From the NCBI RefSeq assembly GCF_009914755.1, contig NC_060938.1: a DNA stretch of 64,000 nucleotides. One strand, 5' to 3'. Below the pieces are notes generated by a model that saw only the letters and a program-made list of their open reading frames with translations, was not told the DNA's origin and searched no databases. The position numbers and the translations under genes were made by a program. Numbering within the stretch: position 1 is the stretch's first letter; each line of letters begins with the position of its first letter. Positions 33,701-47,441 of the stretch are shown in pieces. The DNA comes from the human T2T-CHM13v2.0 reference genome, Homo sapiens.

Positions 33701-36163
33701 CTGTGAAATAAATACAAGGGTACAGGAATTATGAGCATATCTGTATTTCTAAAACTGGAAGGGTTAGTCTTAATAGTCTTCATGAAAATCATAGAAATTA
33801 TTTTTGCAAGTAAACTTATGGTAAATGAAAATAATAATAATAATAAAAGTTATGTATCATCAAGTAATGTATACTCAAATCTAATTTTCTTATCCCTATT
33901 TCAAGTGTACCTATTGTCTCAGATTTAAATTAGAATGTTTTTTGTTTTAGGCCATTAACTTATATAAAGCAAACTTGTCTTTATATTTTGTTCTAGTTTT
34001 ATTTTATGTCATTTTATTTAATCTAGTTGTAACTGAGTAGCTTAGATTCAAAGTGCATTTTAAAATTTTTTTTATTCCTTTCTTGATTTTTGCCTTGAAA
34101 ACATACTTTGGAATTTTGTTTCCCTCCCTTCCCACTCGACACTCCATGCACTGCTGGCTTATCTAATTATGTTCTTGCTTAGAAGTTCCAGGGGCTAATT
34201 TTGAAACAAATCAGACATGGAGACTCAGTTGTAAAATTCCAGAGATTACCTCAAGGAGGTTAGTCTACAACCTGGCCATCGTGAAGATGACACCAGCCTA
34301 TGTTCCAGGTGGAGCATGACTCAAGATAGCCACTGGGACAGGGCACACAGACCTTGCACCCAGCATCACTCCTGAATGCCTCCCACCCCAAGTTCCCCCT
34401 TCTAAACTCCTCTCCCCAGCCTAAAGTTTGGAATGGTCTTTTAAAGGCGTGAGCCTGGCCACTCTCCCAACTGCTGGCTTTTGGAATAAAAGTCACTTTC
34501 CTTTCACTGCATCTCATCCTTGTTCATTTGGCTTTATATGTGGCAAGCAGCCAAGCTTGCATTCATTACAAATTTGCTAGTCCCTTTAGGGAGTCTGCAT
34601 TTTGAGTGGTCTAGTCTGTCAACCTGGTTTGCAACGAGTGGGGCAATTGGCCGCAGCAGTGTGCCAGGGCTTTCCTATTCATGCTACTGGATGGGACAAG
34701 AGTTGCTCATGAATATTAGCTGCTGATGGCTAGCTGACCCTGCAGCTGGGGCTCTGGGCATTTTCCTGGCAGCTGCTGAGATACTTTAGTCTCAGGAAAT
34801 CTCCCTTCTCTCCCTGTCATGGCGTTAGCTGCCTACTACACTTTGCTGGTGCAGGGAAAGTGACAAGTGAAGAAGCTAACAGACTTCAGAACTGGATAAG
34901 TCAACTGGAATGCACCCAGGTCTCCTCTGTCTCTTCTGTGGTAACACTTGAGCTCTGCTCCATTTGGATGTAGCTGCTTGCGACATTGTCTGGGCAGGTA
35001 CATCATCTTTATCTGTGGCACCACTTGAGCTTTGTTCTGTTTTGACCTAGCTGCTCATGGGGCCATCTGAAGTTGAGACAAGGTTTCAGGACTTTTATCT
35101 AGTCCCCTTGATGGGGAATCAGCCTGGGAGTGCACCATCTGAATCTGTGTATGTATGTGATCTACATTTGGGCCCTTATCTACTTGCAACTTTCTTTCCT
35201 TCTTTCTCTACCCTTTAAGGCAGCCTGTCTAAGCCCCCCACTCAATCTAGGGATCCAACCCTGAAGTAGAACAGCTTTTGTCACCCTGGTTCTTGGCTGG
35301 GTTGCTCTTTCTCGGACCCCAAAGTACTTCTCAGAGCTGTGCCAAATCTTATGGGGGAAAGAAGCATGTGAATTCTTCTGTGGGTTATCTAAATGGGCCT
35401 GTATCCCACTTACGGTTTTCAATGTTATTTGTCGGAAATACCTGGGATAAATGTTTAAACAGTCCCAACTCCAATTCTTTTGCCCTTTCTGTCCACTTGT
35501 TTTGCCATCTCATTTGTTGCCCTTCCATTACTGCTTACTGGGATTGCAGCAGGACCTGAACTTAGATTAAGGTTGATGTGTTAAAAAAAAGGCTATATTG
35601 GTCATCGCCAGTCATTAGACTGTTGGGGAAATTAATTCTTTTACATGTTTGGCTCTCCTGACTGTGTGGCAAAATTTACACAGGCATGCCTATTGGGACC
35701 ATGAATGGTACCATCAACACTGGTTGTGTAAAATAAGGAGGATTCACCCAACTCCTGGCAATCTAGTTGCAGGGAATTATTGATACAGAGGCAAAAGCAA
35801 GGCATCAATATAGGCTGCTCCTCTGCTCACTAAAGGCCCCTGATTTTGTCATCCTCTTTGGGACTCCAGCTGGTCACATATTATGGTCCATTTCTGTGCA
35901 CATTTTAAACTGAGGGGCAAGTTATAGCAAAAAAAATTCAGAGCTCACATGGTTAATTTGCAACTATAAAGTTAATCAGAGTTCTAAAGTTCTCTATCTT
36001 CTTTTTTTTTTTCTGCCTGCCTTGAATCTGCTTTGAATCTGCTTTTACTAAGCTGTGGTGCTAAGACTCATTATTTATGTTCTAACTGAAATGTAAACAT
36101 TGGAAGCTCATTTGGAATGGAAGAAAAAAAGGATAAAAGAGACTTTTAAAAACTGAACTGCCA

Positions 36164-37728
36164 CATGAAATTTAAATTAGTTTTTTCAAATTCTGTAAGG
36201 AATGTCAATGGTATGGAACCAAAAAAGAGCCCGTATAGCCAAGACAATCCTAAGCAAAAAGAACAAAGCTGGAAGCATCATGCTACCTGACTTCGAACTA
36301 TACTACAAGTCTACAGTAACCAATACAGCATGGTACTGGTACCAAAACAGACATCTAGACCAATGGAACATAACAGAGACTTCAGAAATAACACCACACA
36401 TCTACAACCATCTCATCTTCGAAAAACCTGAGAAAAACAAGCAATGGGGAAAGAATTCCCTATTTAATAAATGGTGCTGGGAAAACTGGCTAGCCATATG
36501 CAGAAAACTGAAACTGAACCCCTTCCTCACACCTTATAGAAAAATTAATTCAAGATGGATTAAACACTTAAATGTAAAACCCAAAGCCATAAAAATCCTG
36601 GAAGAAAACCTAGGCAATACCATTCAGGACATAGGCATGGGCAAAGACTTCATGATGAAAACACCAAAAGCAATTGTAAGAAAAGCCAAAATTGACAAAC
36701 AGGATCTAATTAAACTAAAGAGCTTCTGCACAGCAAAAGAAACTATCATTAGAGGGAACAGGCAACCTACGAATGGGAGAATATTTTTGTAATCTACCCA
36801 AGAATCTACAAAGAATCTACAAGGAACTTAAACAAATTTACAAGAAAAAAAATCCCATCAAAAAGTGGGCAAAGGATATGAACAGACACTTCTCAAAATA
36901 AGACATTTATGCAGCCAAGAAACATATGAAAAAAGAGTGCAACATCACTAATCATTAAAGAAATGCAAATCAAAACCACAATGAGATACCATCTTATACC
37001 TGTCAGAATGGTGATTATTAAAAAGCCAAGAAACAATAGATGCTGGCAAGGCTGTGGAGAAATAGGAACGCTTTTACACTGTTGGTGGGAATGTAAATTA
37101 GTTCAGCCATTGTGGAGACAGTGTGGCAATTCCTCAAGGATCTAGAACCAGAAATGTCATTTGACCTAGCAATCCCATTACTGGGTATATACTCTAAGGA
37201 AAATAAATCATTCTACTATAAAGGCACATGCGCATTTGGGCCCTTATCTACTTGCTACTGTATTGCAGCACTAGTTACAATAGCAAAGACATGCAACCAA
37301 CCCAAATACCCATCAATGGTAGACGGGATAAAGAAAATGGGTACATGTACACCATGGAATACTATGCAGCCCTAAAAAGGAATGAGATCATGTCCTTTGC
37401 AGGGACATGGATGAAGCTGGAAGCCATAATCCTCAGCAAACTAACACAGGAACAGAAGAAAACCAAACACCGCATGTTCTTACTCATAAGTGGGAGTTGA
37501 ACAGTGAGAACACATGGACACAGGGAAGGGAACAACACACACCAGGGCCAGTTGGCAGGTGGGGGGCAAGGGGGGAGAGAGCATTAGGACAAATAGCTAA
37601 TGCATGTGGGGCTTAAAACCTAGATGACAGTTGAAAGATGCAGCAAACCACCATGGCACATATATACCTATGTAACGAGCCTACACGTTCTGCACTTGTA
37701 TCCTGGAACTTAAAGTAAAATAAAAAAC
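36164..37728 (+). mobile_element. 5'-truncated L1PA (PA7/8-like) with a short 5' inversion
   Basis: ORF2 C-terminal peptide [10 protein letters not shown]...; inverted 36164-36213; TSD AAAACTGAACTGCC. Confidence 0.93.
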
Positions 37729-40246
37729 AAAACTGAACTGCCGTAAAGACTGCTTTAGCCAAATTTTGGTCCATTGCCTTTCTTGGATTACCTACTAAGG
37801 CAAACAAAGTTCAGCCATGTGAACAGATTCCAATTTTGTCACAAAAATAATTCAGATCCAGCTATCTTTTATAAAATGATGAGATTATATTGCTATCTTG
37901 TGGCTAGAATTCTAAGGTAAAAGCTATTGGATATTTGTGTGTGCATATACATGTTTAGATATATTTATGTGATGTTGATGTATTATGTGATATGTCATAT
38001 CTGGCACACTACCAAGCTGGCTTATAAGTAAATGAGTACTCATAAATGAAATCCAAAAGCTCTTCAAGTGCACATGCATCTTTGATAAATAAAACTGGTT
38101 TTAAATATGATTAATAAAATTAACATAGAAATGTCTTCAGAAGTGTCAGCATACATTTTTGTCTGAGTTTACTGATTAGATATGTTTTGTATTTGCCTCT
38201 GCTAGATAGATTAAGCTGTCTGGATTTGGCATAAAAGTTATAAGGCTATAAACCCAGCCAAAAGCAGAATGATCTTTGTTTGTATGATTTTTTTTGATAA
38301 ATAAGACTAATGTAATATTGGTGGTTCAATAAAAACAGCTGAATCTTCTAAGTTGTCAGCAAAATGCCCATGTGTTTAACTTTAAGGTTCTTAGGTGAAT
38401 CCCTGATGTTTACAAGCTTTAAAAATGGTTAACAGGAAAATAACTTTAAATGATGACTAGTGCTGTCTAATATCTCCATTTTCAAAAGTAGTCTAGATAA
38501 ATGATTAAAAATGAAAAAATCAAGTTACGTGTAAATGGGGTAAATGCTTGCAGGTAAACTTTAAATGAAATTTAAAATCTTAAAATTATTTTGGATGCTT
38601 ATTTAGATGTCTGGGTCATTTCCAACTAAAAACGGGTTATGATGTGGGAAAACATGTTTATAAAACTTGTAGAATTATTTCATCTATAAAATGTTAACAT
38701 CTGATAAACAGTTCAGGATTTCTTGCTTCCTAAGCTTTCACTAAAGTTTAAAGTTATTAAAAATAAAAATACTAGGTAATATATAATTCTGTAAGTTGTG
38801 TTCTTATTAAAATAATTTTGTATGAGGAAATATCTTATATGGTAAATTTCTGTCCTAAAGTAAAATGGTTGTTTAGGAAAGAGATAATATAGGACAAGAT
38901 AGAAAGTCTAAGCATGCCATAGATGGCCTATGTCATATGCCATATCCATGGATGGCCTATATCAGATGTAAGATTTTACATCTTATCAAGATAATTTCTA
39001 TGTTGTCTTTATTAGATTTTTGATGGCTTAAAAAACCTCAGATTTAAAAGGGTTAAGGTTTTTACAGCCACATAACCTTCTATGTTGCCCTTAAAGTCTT
39101 TTGATTATCACTTTGGTTAGATGAATATTGTTTTACAATGACCTATCATTCTATTTTGACCAAATGTTTTGAGCCTTTTAACATCTTTCACAAACGTCCT
39201 TGAAATCAAATCCTAAATTAAATCTCTGACCTCTTTCTTGGGCTCATCAAAGCTATAAAAATTAATCAATGCAAGTCTGTAAATCTTTTTATGGCTTCCA
39301 GTCAGGTCATAGACTCCAGTATCACCATCTCCAGCCTCTTGAAAATGTCCTTAACAGGTGCCATTAACTAATCCATGTGCTGTTAAGTTACAGGGCTTTG
39401 ACTCCTAGATGGACATACCTCATCTAAAGAAGACGCTGACTCTGCCAGTATCTGATACCAATCTCAAGTCAACCAAAGCCTCATCTTTAGACCCAGACAA
39501 AGGCAACAATCAAAGTATACTGCCTTAATAGGACACAGGACAAGCCTGTATTAAAAAACATTAAGATTCATTTACTAATTCTGCCCCATCTGAATTAATA
39601 TAATTTATTCTGTGCCTTAATTCTAAATAATTTAAATGTTTAGCTACCTGTGAGCTTCCTTTCCTGTCATTCTCAGAATGAGGCAAGGCTTATGACCATT
39701 TTGTTTGAAATGTTGCCAATTATGTTTTACTTTACCTCCAAAACTGAAACTATCCAATCCTTCTAGGCCCAGGGACTATTGCAGAAGTGGTGGTCATGTG
39801 ATATTATAAGGGCTGGTTTTGAGGCATAAACTTAGTTCAGAACCTCCAAATCAAGGACAGGCACACAGATGCCTAAACAGCTAAACAAAATGCTTGTGTT
39901 TTGTATAACTAATTGCTACAAGCTAAGACTATAGCAGCCCAATGCATAAAATATATACATAAGTCAATTTTATAACTTTGTTTTTGGCTTTTGGTTTTCA
40001 GCTCTTATGCTGTTTAAAAGGAATTTTAAGGGTTAATGAGTGCCTGCCCACCTCCATTCTAATCTGGCCTGAAATGTTTAATTGGCTATAAGTCTTTTGA
40101 CTCTAAGTTCCTTGGCCATAGGTGTCCCACTGGAGGGCATGACAGATCTGGGACAGGTAGTCATACCACCCCAGCATTAGTATGGGACAAAGTAAAACTT
40201 GGCCATTGATACTGCCTCTGGCATATCTTTACCAAAAAAGAGGAAA

Positions 40247-40660
40247 TATAAACCAAAAAATAAAATACTGAGTCCCCTACCAACTGAACAAACCCTCCCC
40301 CTTGGCCAAGGGAACCCCAAGAAAAACCCTTAAAAACTTAATCCCCAGCCATGATGGGATGGAAAGTCAGGCATGCCTCATTATATTCCCTCCATTTTAT
40401 GATTTAGACACTACTATTGACCACTATTAATTATCATAAGACTGACAGAACAGGTTCTTTATGGCAATAAGCTATCAAATTATAAACAGGACCTAAGCCC
40501 ATGCCAGAAAACGATTAAGTCTCCCCACAAGGTAAACGGAGTCATATGTTATATGCATGTTCGTTCAATATGCATGTGTCAGGACCACTTTCATAAATAT
40601 TCATAGGTCCTCCTATAACTTGTTCAATTCGTACGTTTAGCCAACGTTTCATCATGTCCC
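40247..40660 (+). mobile_element. Partial MER4-group LTR inside the provirus, preceded by a PPT-like tract
   Basis: caaaaaagaggaaa then TATAAACCAAAAAATAAAAT...ttggccaaggg, resembling MER4-group LTR starts. Confidence 0.65.
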
Positions 40661-43354
40661 CACAGGACCCCTGAGCATAATGGACAATGGAGAACAAACT
40701 TACTTTCTTATTGATATGGGGGGCTATATATTCTATAGTTAACATCTGCCTATCCTCTGATTCAAAAAAGACTGTGATGGTTGCAGGAATGTCAGGGCAA
40801 ACTGTGACTCACCCCTTCCTACAACTTGTAGATTGTCATCTGAAAGACCACAATGACAGGAAAAACTAAAGAGAGAAGCCACACTCTAAAAAAATTGCAT
40901 TGCCAAAATATGTCAAGAAAGTAATTTGACTTGGGATGAATTTTTCCCATTGCCTTACTCTGAGTCAAGGTAACATCCCGAAGTGGGAGCAGGTTGAACC
41001 CTTTTGAGATTGTTTATGGGAGACGCTCCCTGGGAGTCCCGCCTTTAGACCTAATAAATGAATTAAGAATTAAACAATACATACACCAGTTAGGACAGAC
41101 ATTACTAACCATGCATCAGTTTTCTGCTTCCAGGTCCTCATACCCTAGGGGCAAGCCCCTTCACCCTTTCCACCAAGAGTTAAGGTACTGCTAAAAAGTC
41201 TTGGAAAAAAACAAGGACCTGACTGGCAGCTAGTCAAAAATGGATGGGACTTATGATGCACTGCTGACCATGCATTCATCTGTCAAACTGGCTGGAATTA
41301 AACCCTGGATACATCACACTCAGGTGAAGGCTCATCCTCAACCTGATACCTCAGACAACCAGCCTGCCTGTTCATGTGTGCCAAGAAAAGACCTAAAGCT
41401 GTATTAAAGAAAAAAAACACACAGATAAGTACTATCCTTTTCTTAACATGAACTTAACAAGTTTTGTAGTCATGAATACATTATTTATCTCTGCTGAAAC
41501 TAACCTTTTTGCTGAATGGGCACAAATGGTGGCTTCCCTCCAGAATAGAACAGACTGCTGGGTCTGTGGGGAATTGCCCTTTCTTCCACTGCAGGCTTGC
41601 CGTGGTGCGTGCAAGCCACCAACCTAAGTACTTGGAGTCATTTCTATACCTGGTATGGGGCAATTCACCCATTTCCCTTTCATGGCCATAACTCATCTCA
41701 TCATAAGCCTCATGAATTTCCTATTTGCCAGGAAATCAGGAAACATGTTTTTCAACTAAGTTGCAACCAGGTCAATGTCATCTCCACCTTGGGATATGCT
41801 GTACACAGTGGTGTCAGATGGCTGACAGAGGTACAAATACAGGTAATAGGTCAAGCACCACTGTGCACTGAACACCACAACCGCAGCACACCTCAAGCTA
41901 ACACCTGTAACATGGGATGGTTACCTCCCCAGCAATGTAATCAAACTCTTCAACTGACTAGCAACTATATGGCTGGGGTAGCAAAACAGCTCCTTCTCAC
42001 ATGGAGTCAACCCTTCCCCCGGGGCTGCTTATGGGCCTGTGGCACTCACAGTTGGCCCTTCCTATCCTTTGATTGGACTGGCAGATGCATCTGGGAGCAC
42101 CCTTACCTACCAGGATGAATCCTGTTCCATCTAGACTCTGCCTGCCAACTGGGAAAGCACAAACGCCAGACACCACTGTCAAAAATGGGCATCCTGGTGG
42201 TTTTACCCACTAGCCATCTTTTTCCCCCAGGCAGTGACCATAGATGTAGAATTACAAGTAGAGGCCCTGGCTAAGCATATGGCTGCTGCCTTTAATAACA
42301 CCCACCATGCCATCACTCTTCTTACTGAAGAAACTTCCAGATTAGGCAAGTGGCCTTACAAAACTATATGGCTGTAGATATCCTGACTGCAGCCTAAAGT
42401 GGCACTAGTGCATTAAGACTGTTGTCTATATATACTAGATTATTCTCACAATATAACCTAACCTATGCATGCATTGGATACTCATATTCTGCTATAGATA
42501 CCTTCTCCCAATAACGGATTGGTTTAGTCAGCCCCTTAGTGCAGGGAAGACTTTCATATATAGCACGATTGGTATTTTGCTCATTGTCCTCTTCGGCTGC
42601 TGTGGATTTTATTGCTATTATATACTCTGCACAAGGATGCAGGAAAGATGTTCTCAGAAACTCCTATGTCCCTGCACCATAATGCTCCCGCAAATTCCTA
42701 CTGCAAGTCTAGGAACTCAAGAATATTTCCAACTCCAGGTGGACAAATTCCATTCTGGTACCTCCTAACTATGGCCCTTCTCAGCGGGAAATAGCCAGAT
42801 CGACTATGCCACCCACTTTCCATAGAAATGGAATGGAATTTCACAATGGAAAGTTGCAACTGAGTGGCTTAGGTTAAAAATGCATTTTTGAAACTGTTTT
42901 TTCTTTTCTTGCTTTTAGCCTTGAAAGCATACTTTGAAATTCTTGGTTTCCCTCCCTTCCCACCCGACACTCCCTTGTACTGCTGGCTTATCTAATTATG
43001 CGATTGCTTAGAAGTTCCAGGGGCTAATTTTGAGACAAATCAGACATGGAGACTCAGCTGTGAAATTCCAGAGATTACCTCAAGGAGGTTAGTCTACAAC
43101 CTGGCCATCGTGAAGATGACACTAGCCTATGTTCCAGGTGGAGCATGACTCAAGATAGCCACTGGGACAGGACACACAGACCTTGCACCCAGCATCACTC
43201 CTGAATGCCTCCCACCCCAAGTGCCCCTTTTTAAACCCTCCCCAGCCTAAAGTTTGGAATGGTCTTAAAAGACCATTCCAAAGGCTGAGCTTGCATTCAG
43301 TTACACATATATGTAAAAGTCTCTTAATACAGTATATCTTTAACCAAAATTTAC

Positions 43355-43421
43355 CTTCAAAGTGCTCTCTGTTAGCAAAACATCTTTCATTATACCACAG
43401 TTTTCCTTTCACATAGTCAAC
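43355..43421 (-). CDS. CATSPERB: CATSPERB coding exon (67 nt): VDYVKGKLWYNERCFANREHFE
   Basis: ttatttatgtag acceptor, AAG/gtaaa donor, phase 0-1. Confidence 0.92.
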
Positions 43422-44083
43422 CTACATAAATAAATAAAATATCACTTAGCCAATATGTAGACTTAAGATATCTTAAGATATAAGATAGAAAAAACTAAAA
43501 AATTTCAAAGTTTGATAGTTCAGGAATGTGAGGCAAAGAGACAAAAATTGTATGCAAATAAAAGACTGTAGAATGAGGACAGGAAACAGGAATATACATT
43601 TTGAACAATGCACAAAAAAGGCATAAAGAGAAAAGAAATCACACATGAATTAGCATATGTTAATGGAGGATGCCCTTGTCTATGAACTGTCTTTCAGAAG
43701 CTACCAGAAGCCATTAGTCTTTCAGCACAGTTACAATGGGTCACATATTTATCTTTTATTCCTCATTAGTGGCAGCTGGGTTTAAGGAGCATTCCCAGAA
43801 GCCTGACAGCAGCAAGAAGAAACAGGAAAAAGGTTTTGAAAATTGGTCATGAGAGACAAGCTTCAATATATTGAATATGTTGGATATAAATGTTGGATAT
43901 TAATTAAATGCAACAGTTTGAGATTATTTTATTATAGGAAGATTCTGACCTTCAAATTTCTGTTGGGATGTAAGAAAGACTTTTTTACATTTTTATAGAC
44001 TAATAATAAAATCTGTATGATCTGTGTGCAAAAGCCTTTGCTGATATCTAATGACAAAACTTGAACACATGAGGAGACACTTC

Positions 44084-44698
<615 letters not shown>

Positions 44699-44719
44699 GC
44701 CAACGAATTTTTTTAAGTA

Positions 44720-45860
44720 TCTACATTGTGCCATGTACTGTACTGAGATTTTTCATATGTAATGTTACTTAATCACCTCATTTCTAAGAGGTAGATATTG
44801 TTATGCTCATTTTAAAATGAAGAAATTGAGGTCCAGAGAGTTATACAACTTGTTCAAAATTTTATGTTACATGGCTGATAAGTTAGTCCAAAATTTGAAT
44901 CCAGTCTGTCTTCATTTATTCACTCATTGACTCAATAAATATTCATTGAGACTGCCTATGTGCAAGGCCGTGTGGTAATTTATCGGGATACAATAGTAAA
45001 TAAGATAGATCTTGACCGGAACCTAAAATCTTGTGAGGCTAGTCTGGGGGCTCAACAGACAAAATAGGGTGATAATGATAGGAATTTGTGCTGAGAACTT
45101 GGAGCATGCACAGGAGGAGCACCTTGGTGGTCAGGGAGGGATTTCTGAAGAATGAGTTGAAATTCTCTAAGTGAAATAGGAGGAAGCAGTGCATGCTAAG
45201 AAGACAAAACATGTTATGCAAAGGAGTCGAGGTGTGAGAAATGTTAGCACATTCAGGGAAGGTGAGTGGTTTAGCATGGCCAGGCAGGATGGCTGCAGTA
45301 GGGGCAGGATGGCTGCAGGTAGAGGCAGGCACACTCAGGCTGAAGCAGTAAGCATTTTGTGTGTCACAAGAATTTTAATTTTATCCTTAAAGAAGTGATC
45401 CATATTCCTTGCTGTTGCCACTAAACAGATTTTGGTGGATAACTAACAGATTTTATCTCATGCCAAATCCCTAATTTAGGGATCTTATACTTCCTATTAC
45501 CTTTGACTGGAAATGCTGTGTCAAAATAATTATTCCAAGTTACTCAAGTTTCTGCTTAAATTTCATCTCTTTGAAAAGGCCTGCTTTAATCACCCTATTT
45601 AAAACAGAATATTATCTTCCCCTCACTCTTTCTCTTACTCTGCTTTAATTTCAACGAGCACTTATTACTATCTAAAATCACATTATGTATTTGTTTGTGT
45701 ATTTTTTAATGATCTAGCCCCCTCAGTTGAATGTTAAGCTACATGAAAGTAGGGACTTTGTCTCGTTCACTATGGAATCATTCTTGTCTGAATAAGCATG
45801 GAATATAGGAAGTGCTCAACAAATATTTGTTGAATGGATGAGACTTACTGAATGAATAAA
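44720..45860. mobile_element. MIR and L2 fragments
   Basis: MIR core (ctcattttaaaatgaagaaattgagg); L2 tails cattcactcattgactcaataaatatt and gtgctcaacaaatatttgttgaatgga. Confidence 0.65.
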
Positions 45861-46789
45861 TCATTAAGTATTCACATGTTCAACTACCTGTCTAAACACC
45901 CACATATATCTCATTCTGAACACCTTTGCTTCAATCATTAGTAAAAGAGGTCTTATTTAAAGATAGATCCTTAAACTCTTAAAAATAATTTCACTTTTTC
46001 CCCTCCCTCCACTCCCCAATCCCAGCACCCTTCTACCTTTGGAACACTGTATTTCCCCTCTCCCTCATCACTATCAACCATCAATGAGTTTTACTAAGAT
46101 ATTTTAGTTTAATAGGACTTATTATAATATCCTTGCTAATTATAAAAACTTCCATGAAGGACAATTCGTGATTATTTTTTAAAAGTGCATAAGTATTTAT
46201 CCCTTGATCTCCCAATCAAGTTCTAGGATGTATTGTATCTATATGTCTGGACACATAAAATTTCTAGGTACAAAATTATTCATGGGAGCATTGTTTGTAA
46301 TAGCAAAATATTGGGAAATTACCCAAGCATCCAGCAATGGATGATAATTTAAATAAACTCTGGCTAGTTCATACAATGGAATACTTGTAGCTGGAAAAAA
46401 GAAACAAAAAACAAAAGAAAAAGAGGCTATTCTCCATTTACTAATATGGATTTTTTCCTATGATAATTATTGATAAGTGAAGAAAATAATTTAGCATACT
46501 TTGTATATAGTATAATAAAAGGAAGAAAAGTATATATATTCATTATATTCATAATTATTTGAATTTCCATTAGAAAATGCTGAAAAGATATAAAATAAAA
46601 AAAGATTACCTGTAAGGGACAGGGAAAAATCAGGGTGAATATACAGAGAGGTGGGATAGAGACTTCTCAGTCTATATCTTTTTGTAACTTTTTTAGTTTT
46701 TAACTATGTGAATGTATTACCTATTTGAACATCATAATTTTTAGGTGTTGAAAATGCTCATTTCCCTTGCAACATGTCCTTTCTTGCTA

Positions 46790-47120
46790 TAGGCTGTATG
46801 GGAGGGAGGTGGGGCCTTTGGGAGGTGATAAGGTGAATGGAATTAGTACCCTTATTTGATGTGGGGGTGATTCAGTGAATCGAATTAGTCCTCTTATAAA
46901 AGAGAACCCAGGGAGATCCCTTGCCCCTCTGCCACGTGAGGGCACAGTGAACAGATGGCTGTCTATGAACCAGGAAGGCAGCCCTCACCAGACACTGAAT
47001 TTGCCTGTGCCTTTATCTTGGACTGTCCAGGCTCCAGAACTGTGAGAAATAAATTTCTGTTCTGTATAAGCCACCCAGTCTATGGTAATTTTGTTATAGC
47101 AGCCCACATTGGCTAAGATG
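46790..47120 (+). mobile_element. MLT1A-type MaLR LTR
   Basis: ctccagaactgtgagaaataaatttctgtt...aagccacccagtctatgg...gctaaga. Confidence 0.85.
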
Positions 47121-47145
47121 TCTCTGTTCAAAAATCCTTATCTAA

Positions 47146-47441
47146 GCTGGGTGCGGTGACTCACGCCTGTAATCCCAGCACTCTGGGAGGCCAAGGTGGG
47201 TAGATCACTTGAGGTCAGGAGTTTGAGACCAGCCTGGCTAACATGGTGAAACCCTATCTCTACCAAAAATACAAAAATTAGCTGAGCGTGGTAGAACACA
47301 CCTGTAATTCCAGCTACTCAAGAGACTGAGGCAGGAGAATTGCTTGAACCCAGGAGGTGGAAGTAGCACTGAGCCGAGATCACCACTGCACTCCAGCCTG
47401 GGTGACAGAGGGAGAGTGTCTCAAAAAAAAAAAAAAAAAAA
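47146..47441 (+). mobile_element. AluS
   Basis: TSD AAAAATCCTTATCTA. Confidence 0.92.

Larger units (their letters stand above)
34028..43305 (+). mobile_element. Two-LTR class I ERV provirus (MER4-group-like, chimeric), with a nested L1
   Basis: Homologous LTRs 34028-34570 and 42855-43305; non-coding MER4-int-like body; integrase C-terminal remnant (~40900-41400); env remnants NRTDCWVCG and VALQNYMAVDILTAA. Confidence 0.88.

Noticed and set aside
41597-42768. Possible domesticated env (syncytin-like) gene
   Set aside because: Env motifs are spread over different frames with stops; the longest piece is 173 aa
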